Source: Candidatus Nomurabacteria bacterium (GTDB lineage Bacteria; Patescibacteriota; Patescibacteriia; HK-STAS-PATE-3). From it: a stretch of 64,000 nucleotides of DNA. The stretch covers positions 512,001 to 576,000 of the forward strand of contig CP060223.1 in NCBI GenBank assembly GCA_023898465.1, in the 5' to 3' direction. Below are positions 45,671 to 54,451 of the stretch, one piece after another; position 1 is the stretch's first letter; each line of letters starts with the position of its first letter. The position numbers and the translations under genes were made by a program. The notes beneath the pieces are model-generated. The model had not been told where the DNA came from, did no database searches, and saw only the letters and a program-made list of their open reading frames with translations.

Positions 45671-45759
45671 CGCGCCTCCCCTCTTCTTGCCTGTAGAAAA
45701 AAGTGCAATAAATCGGCCTCACGCTAACATGAAGTTAATCCTTGGTCAACTAAAAACTA

Positions 45760-46296
45760 CTATGGCCTTTGGTAATACCCTAGCAGCTGAGCCTGCGCCA
45801 ATATATGTCCTTGCATTACCTGCTCTAAATCATCCTTGGTAGCACCCTCCTCCAAATCTAAAAAGGTATCTAGAGCATATAAGGTAAAAATATACCGATG
45901 TGTTCCATTTGGTGGACAGGGGCCGCCCCATTGCAAACGCTGAAAATCATTCGTGCCTTGTCGGGCATTAGGCGGAACACTATTTTCTACTATCTCATTG
46001 GTATCTGGTGAAATATCCCAAACTATCCAATGATCCCAAGTGCTTCCCGGCGCATCAGGGTCATCCATCACTAGCGCAAAACTGACCGTGCCGTCCGGAG
46101 TTTCACTAATATGCAAAGGTGGATTCACATCATCTCCATCGCATGTATACTGTGAAGGAATTTTTTCACCTTCTTGAAAGGCTGTACTCGTAAGTCGCAT
46201 ATCTCCCTCCTTGCTAGCATCTTTCTTGCTAGCTATGAAATAAAGAAGTACTGCGCCGCAAAAAAGAGCAATAACTATTATGAGACGAATACGCAT
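45760..46296 (-). CDS. YbhB/YbcL-family PEBP (Raf-kinase-inhibitor-like) protein
   Basis: DDPDAP and HRYIFTLYALD motifs. Signal anchor at the N-terminus. Confidence 0.8.
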   Translation of the reverse strand: MRIRLIIVIALFCGAVLLYFIASKKDASKEGDMRLTSTAFQEGEKIPSQYTCDGDDVNPPLHISETPDGTVSFALVMDDPDAPGSTWDHWIVWDISPDTNEIVENSVPPNARQGTNDFQRLQWGGPCPPNGTHRYIFTLYALDTFLDLEEGATKDDLEQVMQGHILAQAQLLGYYQRP

Positions 46297-46405
46297 GCAT
46301 CCTCACTATACACCTGATGAGCGAACAAGCAAGCTATACATAGAGAAGATAAAGGGCGTGTAAAGTCAACTTGACGTGCTAAAAAGAAAGCAGTAGGCTA
46401 GCGCT

Positions 46406-46609
46406 ATGGAAAAGGTATTGAATAAAGTGGCTGAGTACCGGCAGAAAAATGAAGAGACCCAAGAGGAACTTGCGGCAGCTGTTGGCGTCACCCGCCAAAC
46501 GGTTATTGCTATTGAGCGAGGTAACTACACCCCTTCGGTTCGGCTTGCGTTAAAAATCGCCCAGCATTACAGTAAAAAGACTGATGATATTTTTTCACTC
46601 GACGAATAA
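46406..46609 (+). CDS. XRE-family (Cro/C1-type HTH) transcriptional regulator
   Basis: 67 aa. ETQEELAAAVGVTRQTVIAIERG matches the HTH_XRE signature. Confidence 0.8.
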   Translation: MEKVLNKVAEYRQKNEETQEELAAAVGVTRQTVIAIERGNYTPSVRLALKIAQHYSKKTDDIFSLDE

Positions 46610-46612
46610 CGT

Positions 46613-46966
46613 ATGAATACGCGCGCCACGCTTATCCTCGCCATAATCATTATTTTACTGAGTCTAGGCCTGCTTAATCCTTTTGATTGGTGGATGCCGA
46701 GTACCCTAGAAATGTCTTTCATCGTTATTTTAGCGCTGATCGGTTTTGCTTATGCTGCTTTTTTCTGGAAAGAGCGTCCGCGAGATGAGCGAGAAGAACA
46801 TGTACAACGAAAAGCCGGACGCAGCGCCTTCTTAGCTGGCATCCTCATCGGTATTACAGGCATCATTGTACAAGGCCTGCAACATGCCTTAGATGCTTGG
46901 CTCATTGCCACCGTAGCCGTTATGTTGCTAGCAAAGATTATTGCAACACTCCAGCAGGAAAAATAA
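46613..46966 (+). CDS. Small membrane protein (DUF2178-like), co-operonic with the XRE regulator
   Basis: 117 aa with three or four TM helices. It starts 4 nt after the regulator stop. Confidence 0.5.
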   Translation: MNTRATLILAIIIILLSLGLLNPFDWWMPSTLEMSFIVILALIGFAYAAFFWKERPRDEREEHVQRKAGRSAFLAGILIGITGIIVQGLQHALDAWLIATVAVMLLAKIIATLQQEK

Positions 46967-47122
46967 TCAGCTTATAGCATAATTCGTCCAATAGCACCCA
47001 ACATGCTTGCGTGCCGAACCCCCGCACCATGTTAGATGCGGGGAAAGGCATGTAAAGTCGACTTGACATATAAAAACTTGCCGTTTACACTAAGGGCAAT
47101 TACTTTTAAACCCGGAGATCCC

Positions 47123-47758
47123 ATGCTTAACATCAAAGATCAACGAGGCCTCAGCGGTCTAACCATTGCAGCGATAATCACCATTATTGCAGTTGCTTTG
47201 GGGTTAATTATTTATTTTACCAGCACAAATTCAAGCAACAGCAACGAAAACGAATCCATGATGCAAGATGAAAATACAAACGAAGCGATGATGGATGACC
47301 ACATGGATGACAATACAAATGAGGCCATGGTGGACGACGAAGAACACATGATGGAAGACGACACAAACACCAATAGCGACGCCATGATGGAGGATGACGA
47401 GCATGCAATGGAAAAAGATGGCAGCGCAAACACTAACTCGGTTAGCGCCGCTCCTGGTCAATACATTGATTACACGCCAGCTGCTTTTGCTAGCGCCAGC
47501 GATGAAAAGCGTGTGCTTTTTTTTCACGCCACCTGGTGTCCAACCTGCAAAGCTGCGAACGAAGCATTTACATCGCGGCTTGATGAGATCCCTTCAGGAG
47601 TTGTCATTTTAAAAACTGATTACGATTCCCAAACTGCCTTAAAAAATAAGTACGACATCACCTACCAGCACACTTTTGTACAGGTCGATGCCGATGGAAA
47701 TGAATTAGCAAAATGGAATGGTGGAGACGTTGACCTCTTAGCAAGGAAGCTGCAATAA
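47123..47758 (+). CDS. Membrane-anchored thioredoxin-family protein with acidic Met/Asp/Glu/His-rich repeat linker
   Basis: N-terminal TM, a roughly 80-aa low-complexity block (NTNEAMMDDHMDDNTNEAMVDDEEHMMEDD...), then a thioredoxin fold (FFHATWCPTCKAANEAF). Confidence 0.7.
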   Translation: MLNIKDQRGLSGLTIAAIITIIAVALGLIIYFTSTNSSNSNENESMMQDENTNEAMMDDHMDDNTNEAMVDDEEHMMEDDTNTNSDAMMEDDEHAMEKDGSANTNSVSAAPGQYIDYTPAAFASASDEKRVLFFHATWCPTCKAANEAFTSRLDEIPSGVVILKTDYDSQTALKNKYDITYQHTFVQVDADGNELAKWNGGDVDLLARKLQ

Positions 47759-47762
47759 ATCC

Positions 47763-49496
47763 ATGCTATTACTTATTGGATTTGCCTTTCTCGCCGGTGT
47801 CGTCACCGTCCTCTCACCCTGTATTCTGCCAATACTACCGGTTATCCTGACTGGATCAGTGACTGGCAGTAAACGGAGGCCGCTCGGAATTGTTCTCGGC
47901 TTTATTTTAAGCTTCAGCTTTTTTACACTTTTCCTGGCCACCATTGTGCAGTCTACTGGAATCTCAGCCGGGGCTTTACGGACCTTCTCAATTGTCGTGC
48001 TCTTCGGCTTTGGGGTTAGCCTCCTCTTCCCTCGAGTCCAAGTCTGGCTAGAGCAACTTTTCTCGCGCCTTTCTAGCCGAGCACCCCGTCAAGCAAATCG
48101 AACTGGCTTTTGGGGCGGCATCCTCATCGGACTTAGTATTGGCTTGCTATGGACGCCTTGTGTCGGCCCAATCTTGGCATCGGTTATTTCACTCGCGCTC
48201 ACCGGCTCAGTAAGCAGCGGCGCCGCATTTATCACCCTAGCCTATGCTATCGGAACAGCTATTCCAATGCTGGCGATCATGTATGGCGGACGTCATCTCT
48301 TGCAGCGAGTGCCTTGGCTAATGCAAAACACCGGTCGCATCCAAAAGGCTTTTGGTGTGTTCATGATTATTACGGCAATTGGTATTTCAGCCAACCTTGA
48401 TAGGAAATTTCAAACCTTTATTCTCGATACCTTCCCAAACTATGGCATTGGCTTAACTAAGATTGAGGACAACGAGCAAGTCCAGCAAGAATTAGATAAG
48501 CTTAATGCTGAGCCAAATGAAGATATCCAAGGCAAGCCTATGAACGAAGCAACCCAGAGCAAAAAAGAAGACACGCCCGCGCCTGAGCTCATCCCAGGCG
48601 GTGAATGGTTTAATTCCGATCCACTAAGCTTAAAAGAGCTGCGTGGTAAAGTGGTACTGGTTGATTTTTGGACCTACAGTTGCATTAATTGCCAGCGCAC
48701 CCTCCCCTACCTCAGGGACTGGTGGGAGAAATACAAGGATGATGGACTGGTCATCATTGGCGTACACACACCTGAATTTGAATTTGAAAAAGATCCTGAT
48801 AACGTGGCAAAAGCATTGCGGGATTACGAGATTGATTATCCGGTCATGCAGGATAACAACTTCGCTACCTGGTCAGCATATAAAAATCGCTATTGGCCCA
48901 GGAAGTATTTAGTCGATCAAAATGGTAACATCATCTATGATCACATTGGCGAAGGTGGCTATGAAGAAACTGAACGACAAATCCAAGAGGCATTACAAAA
49001 CGCAGGCAAGTCAGTCAATGCAAGTATTAGCACCGAAACAACGGATACTGATTTCACCCAAATTGCTACACCGGAGCTTTATTTTGGCTCAGCTCGAAAT
49101 CAATACCTCGGCAACGGTACTCAATTTCAAACTGGATCCCAAGAGCTCACTCTGCCGGATGATATGAAAAAAAATATGCTCTACCTAAGCGGAACTTGGA
49201 ACTTCCAGGACGAGTACGCAACAAATTCAAATACGGCAAGTATTACACTTCCCTATCAAGCGAAGAATGTCTACATGGTGGCAGCAGCGGATAACGCTGT
49301 GCAGCTGCAACTCAAGTTGGATGGAGAAAACCTTAGCTCAACTCAAACAGGTGCAGATGTCGATAAAAACGGTCAGGTTACCATACAAGCCCACACCCTT
49401 TATCATCTCATTAGCACAGAAAACTACGGCAGCCATACACTGACGATTGAAATCCCAGCCGCTGGACTAGAGGCTTACACTTTTACCTTCGGGTAA
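47763..49496 (+). CDS. Cytochrome c biogenesis CcdA/DsbD-type transmembrane domain fused to TlpA/ResA-like thioredoxin domain plus C-terminal unknown domain
   Basis: CcdA Cys motifs in TM1 (LSPCILPILP) and TM4 (WTPCVGPILASV). A redoxin CxxC (WTYSCINCQRTLPYL). 577 aa. Confidence 0.8.
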   Translation: MLLLIGFAFLAGVVTVLSPCILPILPVILTGSVTGSKRRPLGIVLGFILSFSFFTLFLATIVQSTGISAGALRTFSIVVLFGFGVSLLFPRVQVWLEQLFSRLSSRAPRQANRTGFWGGILIGLSIGLLWTPCVGPILASVISLALTGSVSSGAAFITLAYAIGTAIPMLAIMYGGRHLLQRVPWLMQNTGRIQKAFGVFMIITAIGISANLDRKFQTFILDTFPNYGIGLTKIEDNEQVQQELDKLNAEPNEDIQGKPMNEATQSKKEDTPAPELIPGGEWFNSDPLSLKELRGKVVLVDFWTYSCINCQRTLPYLRDWWEKYKDDGLVIIGVHTPEFEFEKDPDNVAKALRDYEIDYPVMQDNNFATWSAYKNRYWPRKYLVDQNGNIIYDHIGEGGYEETERQIQEALQNAGKSVNASISTETTDTDFTQIATPELYFGSARNQYLGNGTQFQTGSQELTLPDDMKKNMLYLSGTWNFQDEYATNSNTASITLPYQAKNVYMVAAADNAVQLQLKLDGENLSSTQTGADVDKNGQVTIQAHTLYHLISTENYGSHTLTIEIPAAGLEAYTFTFG

Positions 49497-49501
49497 AGTA
49501 G

Positions 49502-49939
49502 CTATACGGTTGTTTGCATTTTGCGCATTTCGTTACGGCGCAGAAGCAGGCTCACTACAAAAATTCCGAGGTAGAAAAAGAATCCATACACACAAGCTGG
49601 GAGGGATTCTGGCTTCTCCGCAGCCAACCACAATTCGTATACCGAGAGACTCAGTGCAAAAAGCGTGCCCACCAAACCTAACCAAACTAAAGCATTGGCG
49701 ATACCTTTTGAACTTCCCTTCACCCAATAGATTGCGGATAAAATTCCAATAGCCACATACATGGCAAATCCATATACGCAGTTTGGTAAGCCAACAATAT
49801 ATACAGGGTTCACTCCGCAGCTAATAATGGTTTGACCACATCCGTTCGCAAACAAATTTACATAGCTTAAATAGCCTGACAAGAGACCGCCCAACACCAC
49901 GAAAAGCAAAATCAAAGTTAAGGCCAACGAAGATTTCAT
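49502..49939 (-). CDS. Cys-containing 4-TM membrane protein, possible VKOR/DsbB-like thiol-oxidoreductase partner (speculative)
   Basis: Loop Cys pair CGQTIISCG (C-x6-C) and a duplicated P(N/A)CVYGF motif. It is adjacent to the CcdA-thioredoxin fusion. ATG at 49937-49939. Confidence 0.4.
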   Translation of the reverse strand: MKSSLALTLILLFVVLGGLLSGYLSYVNLFANGCGQTIISCGVNPVYIVGLPNCVYGFAMYVAIGILSAIYWVKGSSKGIANALVWLGLVGTLFALSLSVYELWLAAEKPESLPACVYGFFFYLGIFVVSLLLRRNEMRKMQTTV

Positions 49940-50035
49940 ATGTTTCAAAGTTAAGGAATCTTTAACACCTCGGCTTGCAGCGCGCGACAGTTTTTTAGAC
50001 CGTGAGCCCGCTGCAAAACAAGTTTCAAAGAAATA

Positions 50036-50272
50036 CTATTGCTGAGGCATCGAAGGCATGCTCGATGAACCTGACTTGCCTTTTGCTGGCAAGGTAACAA
50101 GCACGTACAACGCTGAGAGACCAACGAGGACGTAGACGATCTTGGAAACCACTGAGAGATCGCCAAAAATAGTTGCTACCAAATCAAATTCAAAAGCACC
50201 GTATAGACCCCAGTTAAGGCCACCAATGACGAGAAGGATCATTGCGATCCAATCCATTACATTCATTTTCAT
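50036..50272 (-). CDS. DUF378 family small membrane protein
   Basis: VIGGLNWGLYGAFEFDLVATIFGD...IVYVLVGLSALYVL matches DUF378. Confidence 0.65.
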   Translation of the reverse strand: MKMNVMDWIAMILLVIGGLNWGLYGAFEFDLVATIFGDLSVVSKIVYVLVGLSALYVLVTLPAKGKSGSSSMPSMPQQ

Positions 50273-50407
50273 AACGTTACTCACCCCCTTTCTTGTTATG
50301 CTGTGAATAAGTATAGCACTGAATGAAAAATAGTGCTATATATTGGGATTTATTACTAGAATACAAAAACCCCGCTTTCACGGGGCTTTTGTTTAGTGCA
50401 ATACAAA

Positions 50408-50836
50408 TTACTGCCACACGGCTAAAATAGCCCCCATAACAAGGAGCTGAACCAGGTGATAGCCAGTGGTAATGGCAAAGTGGCCAAACTTCTTAAACTC
50501 AAATAAGTAGTTTGTACCAACAGTGGCAAAGACAAATCCTAGCCACATCCAAAAACCGGTAAGCAACCCATCTACCAATGTGGTAACTTTTACATACCCA
50601 ATGACATGCGCAAGTACATAAGCTACAACTAAAGAAAGAATAAAGGCAAAGAACATTGATCTTGCCGGATTCCCCTCTTTAATTTGCTCCTCGGTTTTTC
50701 CTACAAAGCCCATCCAGGCCTTACCAAAAACGCTTCGTGCGTACCAAATACTACCAACCAACATGGATGAGGCACCAGCAACTAAAACCGCCCAATAATT
50801 AATAGCTACATCGAACACATAATCACCCCCTTTCAA
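50408..50836 (-). CDS. Hypothetical 4-TM membrane protein (DUF1761-like)
   Basis: Hydrophobic 142-aa ORF with a TTG start. The family call is from memory only. Confidence 0.45.
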   Translation of the reverse strand: MKGGDYVFDVAINYWAVLVAGASSMLVGSIWYARSVFGKAWMGFVGKTEEQIKEGNPARSMFFAFILSLVVAYVLAHVIGYVKVTTLVDGLLTGFWMWLGFVFATVGTNYLFEFKKFGHFAITTGYHLVQLLVMGAILAVWQ

Positions 50837-50865
50837 AACTTGTGCATAGTATATACGATTGGGGT

Positions 50866-51990
50866 TTAGGCGTCATCTGCCGTTTGGGTAGTGCAGGGAC
50901 AAGCAACCTTATCGAGTTGTAAGCGCTCGAGGATAGGCTCCGCTTCTTTATCTGTAGCCGGACGAGGCCTCGCATAGTCATCAATAATAACCGGTACGAA
51001 GTCTAAACCAGTGACACCCTCCTGGCTATCGATTTCGATATCAGCCAGCATCCCCTCCCTGGTTGGTTGTGACCACATTTGATCAAAAATAAAATTACCT
51101 AGACTGTAGAGAATATACTTCCCCTTATACGCTTCGATATTTTGCACCACATGAGGATGATGACCAATCACTAGCTCTGCTCCAGCGTCAATTGCTGCAT
51201 GAGCGAAATCAATCTGCTGCTGTGTTGGCGTGTAAGTATATTCAATACCAGAGTGCATCGAAACAAACACATAGTCAGCCATCTCTTGCGCTCGCTGCAC
51301 AGCGGACTGCATATTTGCTATGTCCATAAACGCAGTCCCAGGCTGCGTGTCGCTTGCGCCATAGCTGGCTGGAACTAAGGAGCTCCAGGTGTACGCAACG
51401 ATGGCGATGGTAATTCCATTACGCGTCAGCAAGGCCGGCTGCTCCGCCTGATCTAAATCTTCGCCTGCCCCGGTCGAGGCGATCCCGGCTGCGTCCAGAT
51501 AGCTTATCGTATCTAACAATCCATCATTTCCAAAGTTAGGACTGTGATTATTTGCCAAGGAAACTGCGGAAATATTTGCGTCAGCCATTAGCTCTTCAAC
51601 CCCAGGGTTAGCCCGGAAGCTTAACTCTTCTGCTTCAATATGCCGACCGGCTGTAATAGGACACTCCAGGTTTGCGAACACTGCATCGGCCTGCTGTAAA
51701 ATATCTTTCATGCCAGAGAAGGGATAGTCATTTCCCTTTTTCGCCATCTTATCTGCCACAGTACGAGAAAGCATAATATCCCCCACAGCATAGAGATGCA
51801 TGCTTTGTGACGATTCTTCAGGCACCTCACTCAAGTCTGTTGAGGGCTCATAGACAAGCTGATCTTGTAGTGAAGCGTATACCCTCGGTGCTCGCCCGGC
51901 AATCTTATTTGCCACCTGAGCAATACAAAACCAACCTGCGCCTAAGACCAGGATGATAACAACTACGGGATAAAAGTAACGGGCAGACAT
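50866..51990 (-). CDS. CapA/PGA_cap family metallophosphatase-fold protein (poly-gamma-glutamate capsule-synthesis-like)
   Basis: LYAVGDIMLSR ... FANLECPIT ... and HSGIEY motifs characteristic of PGA_cap. ATG at 51988-51990. Confidence 0.8.
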   Translation of the reverse strand: MSARYFYPVVVIILVLGAGWFCIAQVANKIAGRAPRVYASLQDQLVYEPSTDLSEVPEESSQSMHLYAVGDIMLSRTVADKMAKKGNDYPFSGMKDILQQADAVFANLECPITAGRHIEAEELSFRANPGVEELMADANISAVSLANNHSPNFGNDGLLDTISYLDAAGIASTGAGEDLDQAEQPALLTRNGITIAIVAYTWSSLVPASYGASDTQPGTAFMDIANMQSAVQRAQEMADYVFVSMHSGIEYTYTPTQQQIDFAHAAIDAGAELVIGHHPHVVQNIEAYKGKYILYSLGNFIFDQMWSQPTREGMLADIEIDSQEGVTGLDFVPVIIDDYARPRPATDKEAEPILERLQLDKVACPCTTQTADDA

Positions 51991-52071
51991 ACCCACACGA
52001 TACCCTATTTTCCAAAAACGAGGAATAAGAAAGGCCTGCCGACACCGAAAGATGACGACAGGCCATAGTGG

Positions 52072-52494
52072 TCAACGAGGATTGACCGGCTGCTTGGGCG
52101 AAGACTTGGGCTTCGAAGAAGGCTTTTTGTCCACTCCATTGGACCGAGGCCTTCTCGACTTTCCGGTCCTTGTGGACGGCAGTCTGAAAGCTTCTTTCAC
52201 TCGCCCCGCCGCCAATTCCAGCTTGCTGGGCTTGGCAGACGAGCTATTCACCTCGGGTGCTTGCTTGGCGTCAGCGAAGTTCTGTGCGACCTCGCCATGA
52301 GCTTGAGCTGAAACACCGGATGCCCGACGATTCTCATCGCGCACCCGATCGTAGATCTCTTCCCGGTGGACAGCGACATTCTTCGGCGCATCAACGCCAA
52401 TCTTGACCTGTCCACCCTTCACATCCAGGATGATGATCTTGACCCGATCACCTACCCGGATATTCTCCCCCAACTTCCTTGTCAAAATGAGCAT
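52072..52494 (-). CDS. csrA: Carbon storage regulator CsrA with roughly 75-aa basic Lys/Pro/Ser-rich C-terminal extension
   Basis: [51 protein letters not shown] is a canonical CsrA core. The ORF continues for about 75 more codons. GC-rich. Confidence 0.75.
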   Translation of the reverse strand: MLILTRKLGENIRVGDRVKIIILDVKGGQVKIGVDAPKNVAVHREEIYDRVRDENRRASGVSAQAHGEVAQNFADAKQAPEVNSSSAKPSKLELAAGRVKEAFRLPSTRTGKSRRPRSNGVDKKPSSKPKSSPKQPVNPR

Positions 52495-52575
52495 GACTCT
52501 TGTACTCCATTGCTTGGCTGTGTGGCCATCCTTGGTTTCTCGGGCGCCAAAAACGCCCTCCTGTTGCAAACGGAG

Positions 52576-52604
52576 ATACTACGCGAGTCTCTCTATTTTG
52601 TCAA
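52576..52604 (-). promoter_or_regulatory. Sigma70-like promoter (minus strand) TTGACA-N17-TAGTAT upstream of csrA
   Basis: Reverse complement of 52599-52604 is TTGACA and of 52576-52581 is TAGTAT. This is the same hexamer pair as at 9799-9827. Confidence 0.35.
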
Positions 52605-52665
52605 CCATGCACCGAACCTGGTACGGAGTGAGTCCCACACCAAACTTGGTGTGGGGTCAACCACT

Positions 52666-53010
52666 CTAGAGACGGTCTATCTTAACGGCCAGAATAAAAT
52701 CGTTTTCATGCAAACCGCGAATGGCATGAGTAAACAAGGTGAAATCGACTTTATTATAGTGAACGCAAAAGTCAGGGTGATGTCCTTCGGACTCGGCTAG
52801 CCCTTCAACCTTACGTAGGAATGCCATAGCAGCTCGGAAGTCGTCAAAAGTGAAACGCTTTTGCAGTGTCTTCATTTCCACACCATTCTTCTCTATTACT
52901 TTCACTTCCCAGTTAGAAAGCTGCGGGAGAAGCTGAGCTATCTCTTCATCAGTTGCCGGCGGTATACCGCCCTCGCATGGAACGCATTTCTTCGCTAGGA
53001 GCTCACTCAT
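52666..53010 (-). CDS. Pterin-4a-carbinolamine dehydratase (PCD/DCoH)
   Basis: CVPCEGGIPP N-terminus and the EGHHPDF..HYNKV..TLFTH catalytic motif. Confidence 0.8.
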   Translation of the reverse strand: MSELLAKKCVPCEGGIPPATDEEIAQLLPQLSNWEVKVIEKNGVEMKTLQKRFTFDDFRAAMAFLRKVEGLAESEGHHPDFCVHYNKVDFTLFTHAIRGLHENDFILAVKIDRL

Positions 53011-53236
53011 CTTTTTTCTCCACCACGATAGTGCATTCGGTCACCAATGCTGCTAAAGCACCAACTGCGGCAAAAACTGGCGCAATCACCGCGCCGACCG
53101 CTGCCCAGGTAACTGGAATTTCCAGCATGGTTTTATCATCTTGCCGTATGCTAATGCGACGAACATTGCCTTCGTGGATGAGTTCCTTGATCTTGCGAAC
53201 AAGGTCCTCACCATTGACTTTAAATTCTTCAGTCAT
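53003..53236 (-). CDS. DUF4342 family protein
   Basis: KVNGEDLVRKIKELIHEGNVRRISIRQDDKTMLEIPVT plus a C-terminal hydrophobic helix. ATG at 53234-53236. Confidence 0.6.
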   Translation of the reverse strand: MTEEFKVNGEDLVRKIKELIHEGNVRRISIRQDDKTMLEIPVTWAAVGAVIAPVFAAVGALAALVTECTIVVEKKDE

Positions 53237-54047
53237 TGCTTTGTTCTCCAAATTGTTGCTTAAGAGTCTTGGTAGCTTGCGCTAAAGTGGATGTATAGGC
53301 CTCACCGGCTGCCACAACTGCACTTCGCCGTGCTTCGCTTAGCTGTTGTAGGTCATCGCTACTTGCTCGTAAATCACTAAGTGCAATTTGTAAAGTTCGC
53401 TTCGCAGCGGCAAAAGCATCAAGAAGTGTGCTCTTCACCGCGCTCGCATTTACACCACTAACACAATCAATTTTCGCTGCATCTAGAGCAACTGCAATTT
53501 CGCTTTTATACTCATCAGTTGCTGCGGCAGTAATGCTTTTACGTTCAGCCAATAAATCCTCAAGCCCTTTACGATATGTCGCCAACGCTGCATCAACGGC
53601 TGCACGACGAATCTCTATCGCGTCTTCAACATTTTGGATAAATGCTTCCACCGCTTGCTTCTGAATTTCCGTATTTGCCCTTGCACGTAAGCGAGTAAAT
53701 TGTTGTAGACGATTTTTATCCCAGGTATCCCGATGCTCATCAAGCGATTGCTCGCGACTTTCCACCCGGGTATTCCAGCTTTGCTCACGACGATTTTGTA
53801 CGAGGCTTACCGCATCCTCCTTAGCAGAGAAACGCTGGCTTTGCTGTACAAGTAAAGTATCAAGCCGCGTACATAGCGCTGATTCCACTTGCTCTTGTAA
53901 TTCCGCGCTACGTGCGTTTGTAGCGTCAGCCACATTTCGCGCTTTATTTACCGCAGATCCGAAATTTACTTGAGCCAAAGCGAGTGTTGGCAAAACAGCT
54001 AACACGATTAGGGCAACTATTGAAATGCGATGCGTGGTGTAGCGCAT
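53229..54047 (-). CDS. Secreted coiled-coil hypothetical protein
   Basis: Signal peptide (ISIVALIVLAVLPTLALAQ), then Ala/Glu/Arg-rich helical repeats. Confidence 0.45.
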   Translation of the reverse strand: MRYTTHRISIVALIVLAVLPTLALAQVNFGSAVNKARNVADATNARSAELQEQVESALCTRLDTLLVQQSQRFSAKEDAVSLVQNRREQSWNTRVESREQSLDEHRDTWDKNRLQQFTRLRARANTEIQKQAVEAFIQNVEDAIEIRRAAVDAALATYRKGLEDLLAERKSITAAATDEYKSEIAVALDAAKIDCVSGVNASAVKSTLLDAFAAAKRTLQIALSDLRASSDDLQQLSEARRSAVVAAGEAYTSTLAQATKTLKQQFGEQSND

Positions 54048-54048
54048 A

Positions 54049-54396
54049 TTAAGGCAAGTCACTTTCAGTATAAGCCTGACCTAAATCAGTCAACGCTTGT
54101 TCGTCCTCGCTCAAAAGAGCTGCGTCGTCGGTTTTTAACGTAGTCGTTTCCTCAACCTGTGCATCTGAGGCTAATGCGTTAGCAATACTATCAATATCAT
54201 CGCTAGGCTCTGGTGGCACTGCTGAGAGCTCAGTGGTCTCAATATTTACATTTAATTGACCTGCAGTATTTGTACTATGTGGACTTGAGTTAGTATTATC
54301 CTCAGATACACTCTTTGACGAGCTAAAAAAATATACACCGCCAAAGGCAAGCGTTGCCAGAAAGAGTATGAGAATAATGAGGGTTGAAGCTCGCAT
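54049..54396 (-). CDS. Small secreted hypothetical protein
   Basis: Signal anchor (LIILILFLATLAFGGVYFF) and an acidic C-terminus. Confidence 0.4.
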   Translation of the reverse strand: MRASTLIILILFLATLAFGGVYFFSSSKSVSEDNTNSSPHSTNTAGQLNVNIETTELSAVPPEPSDDIDSIANALASDAQVEETTTLKTDDAALLSEDEQALTDLGQAYTESDLP

Positions 54397-54451
54397 AGCA
54401 AAAAGTAGCTAGCTACAGCATAGCAAACCTCAAGGTGAATGGAAACCTGGC

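Noticed and set aside
49502-49939. Firm assignment of the Cys membrane protein to the VKOR family
   Set aside because: It has the loop C-x6-C pair but lacks a clear CxxC active-site motif. Kept only as a speculative thiol-oxidoreductase partner.
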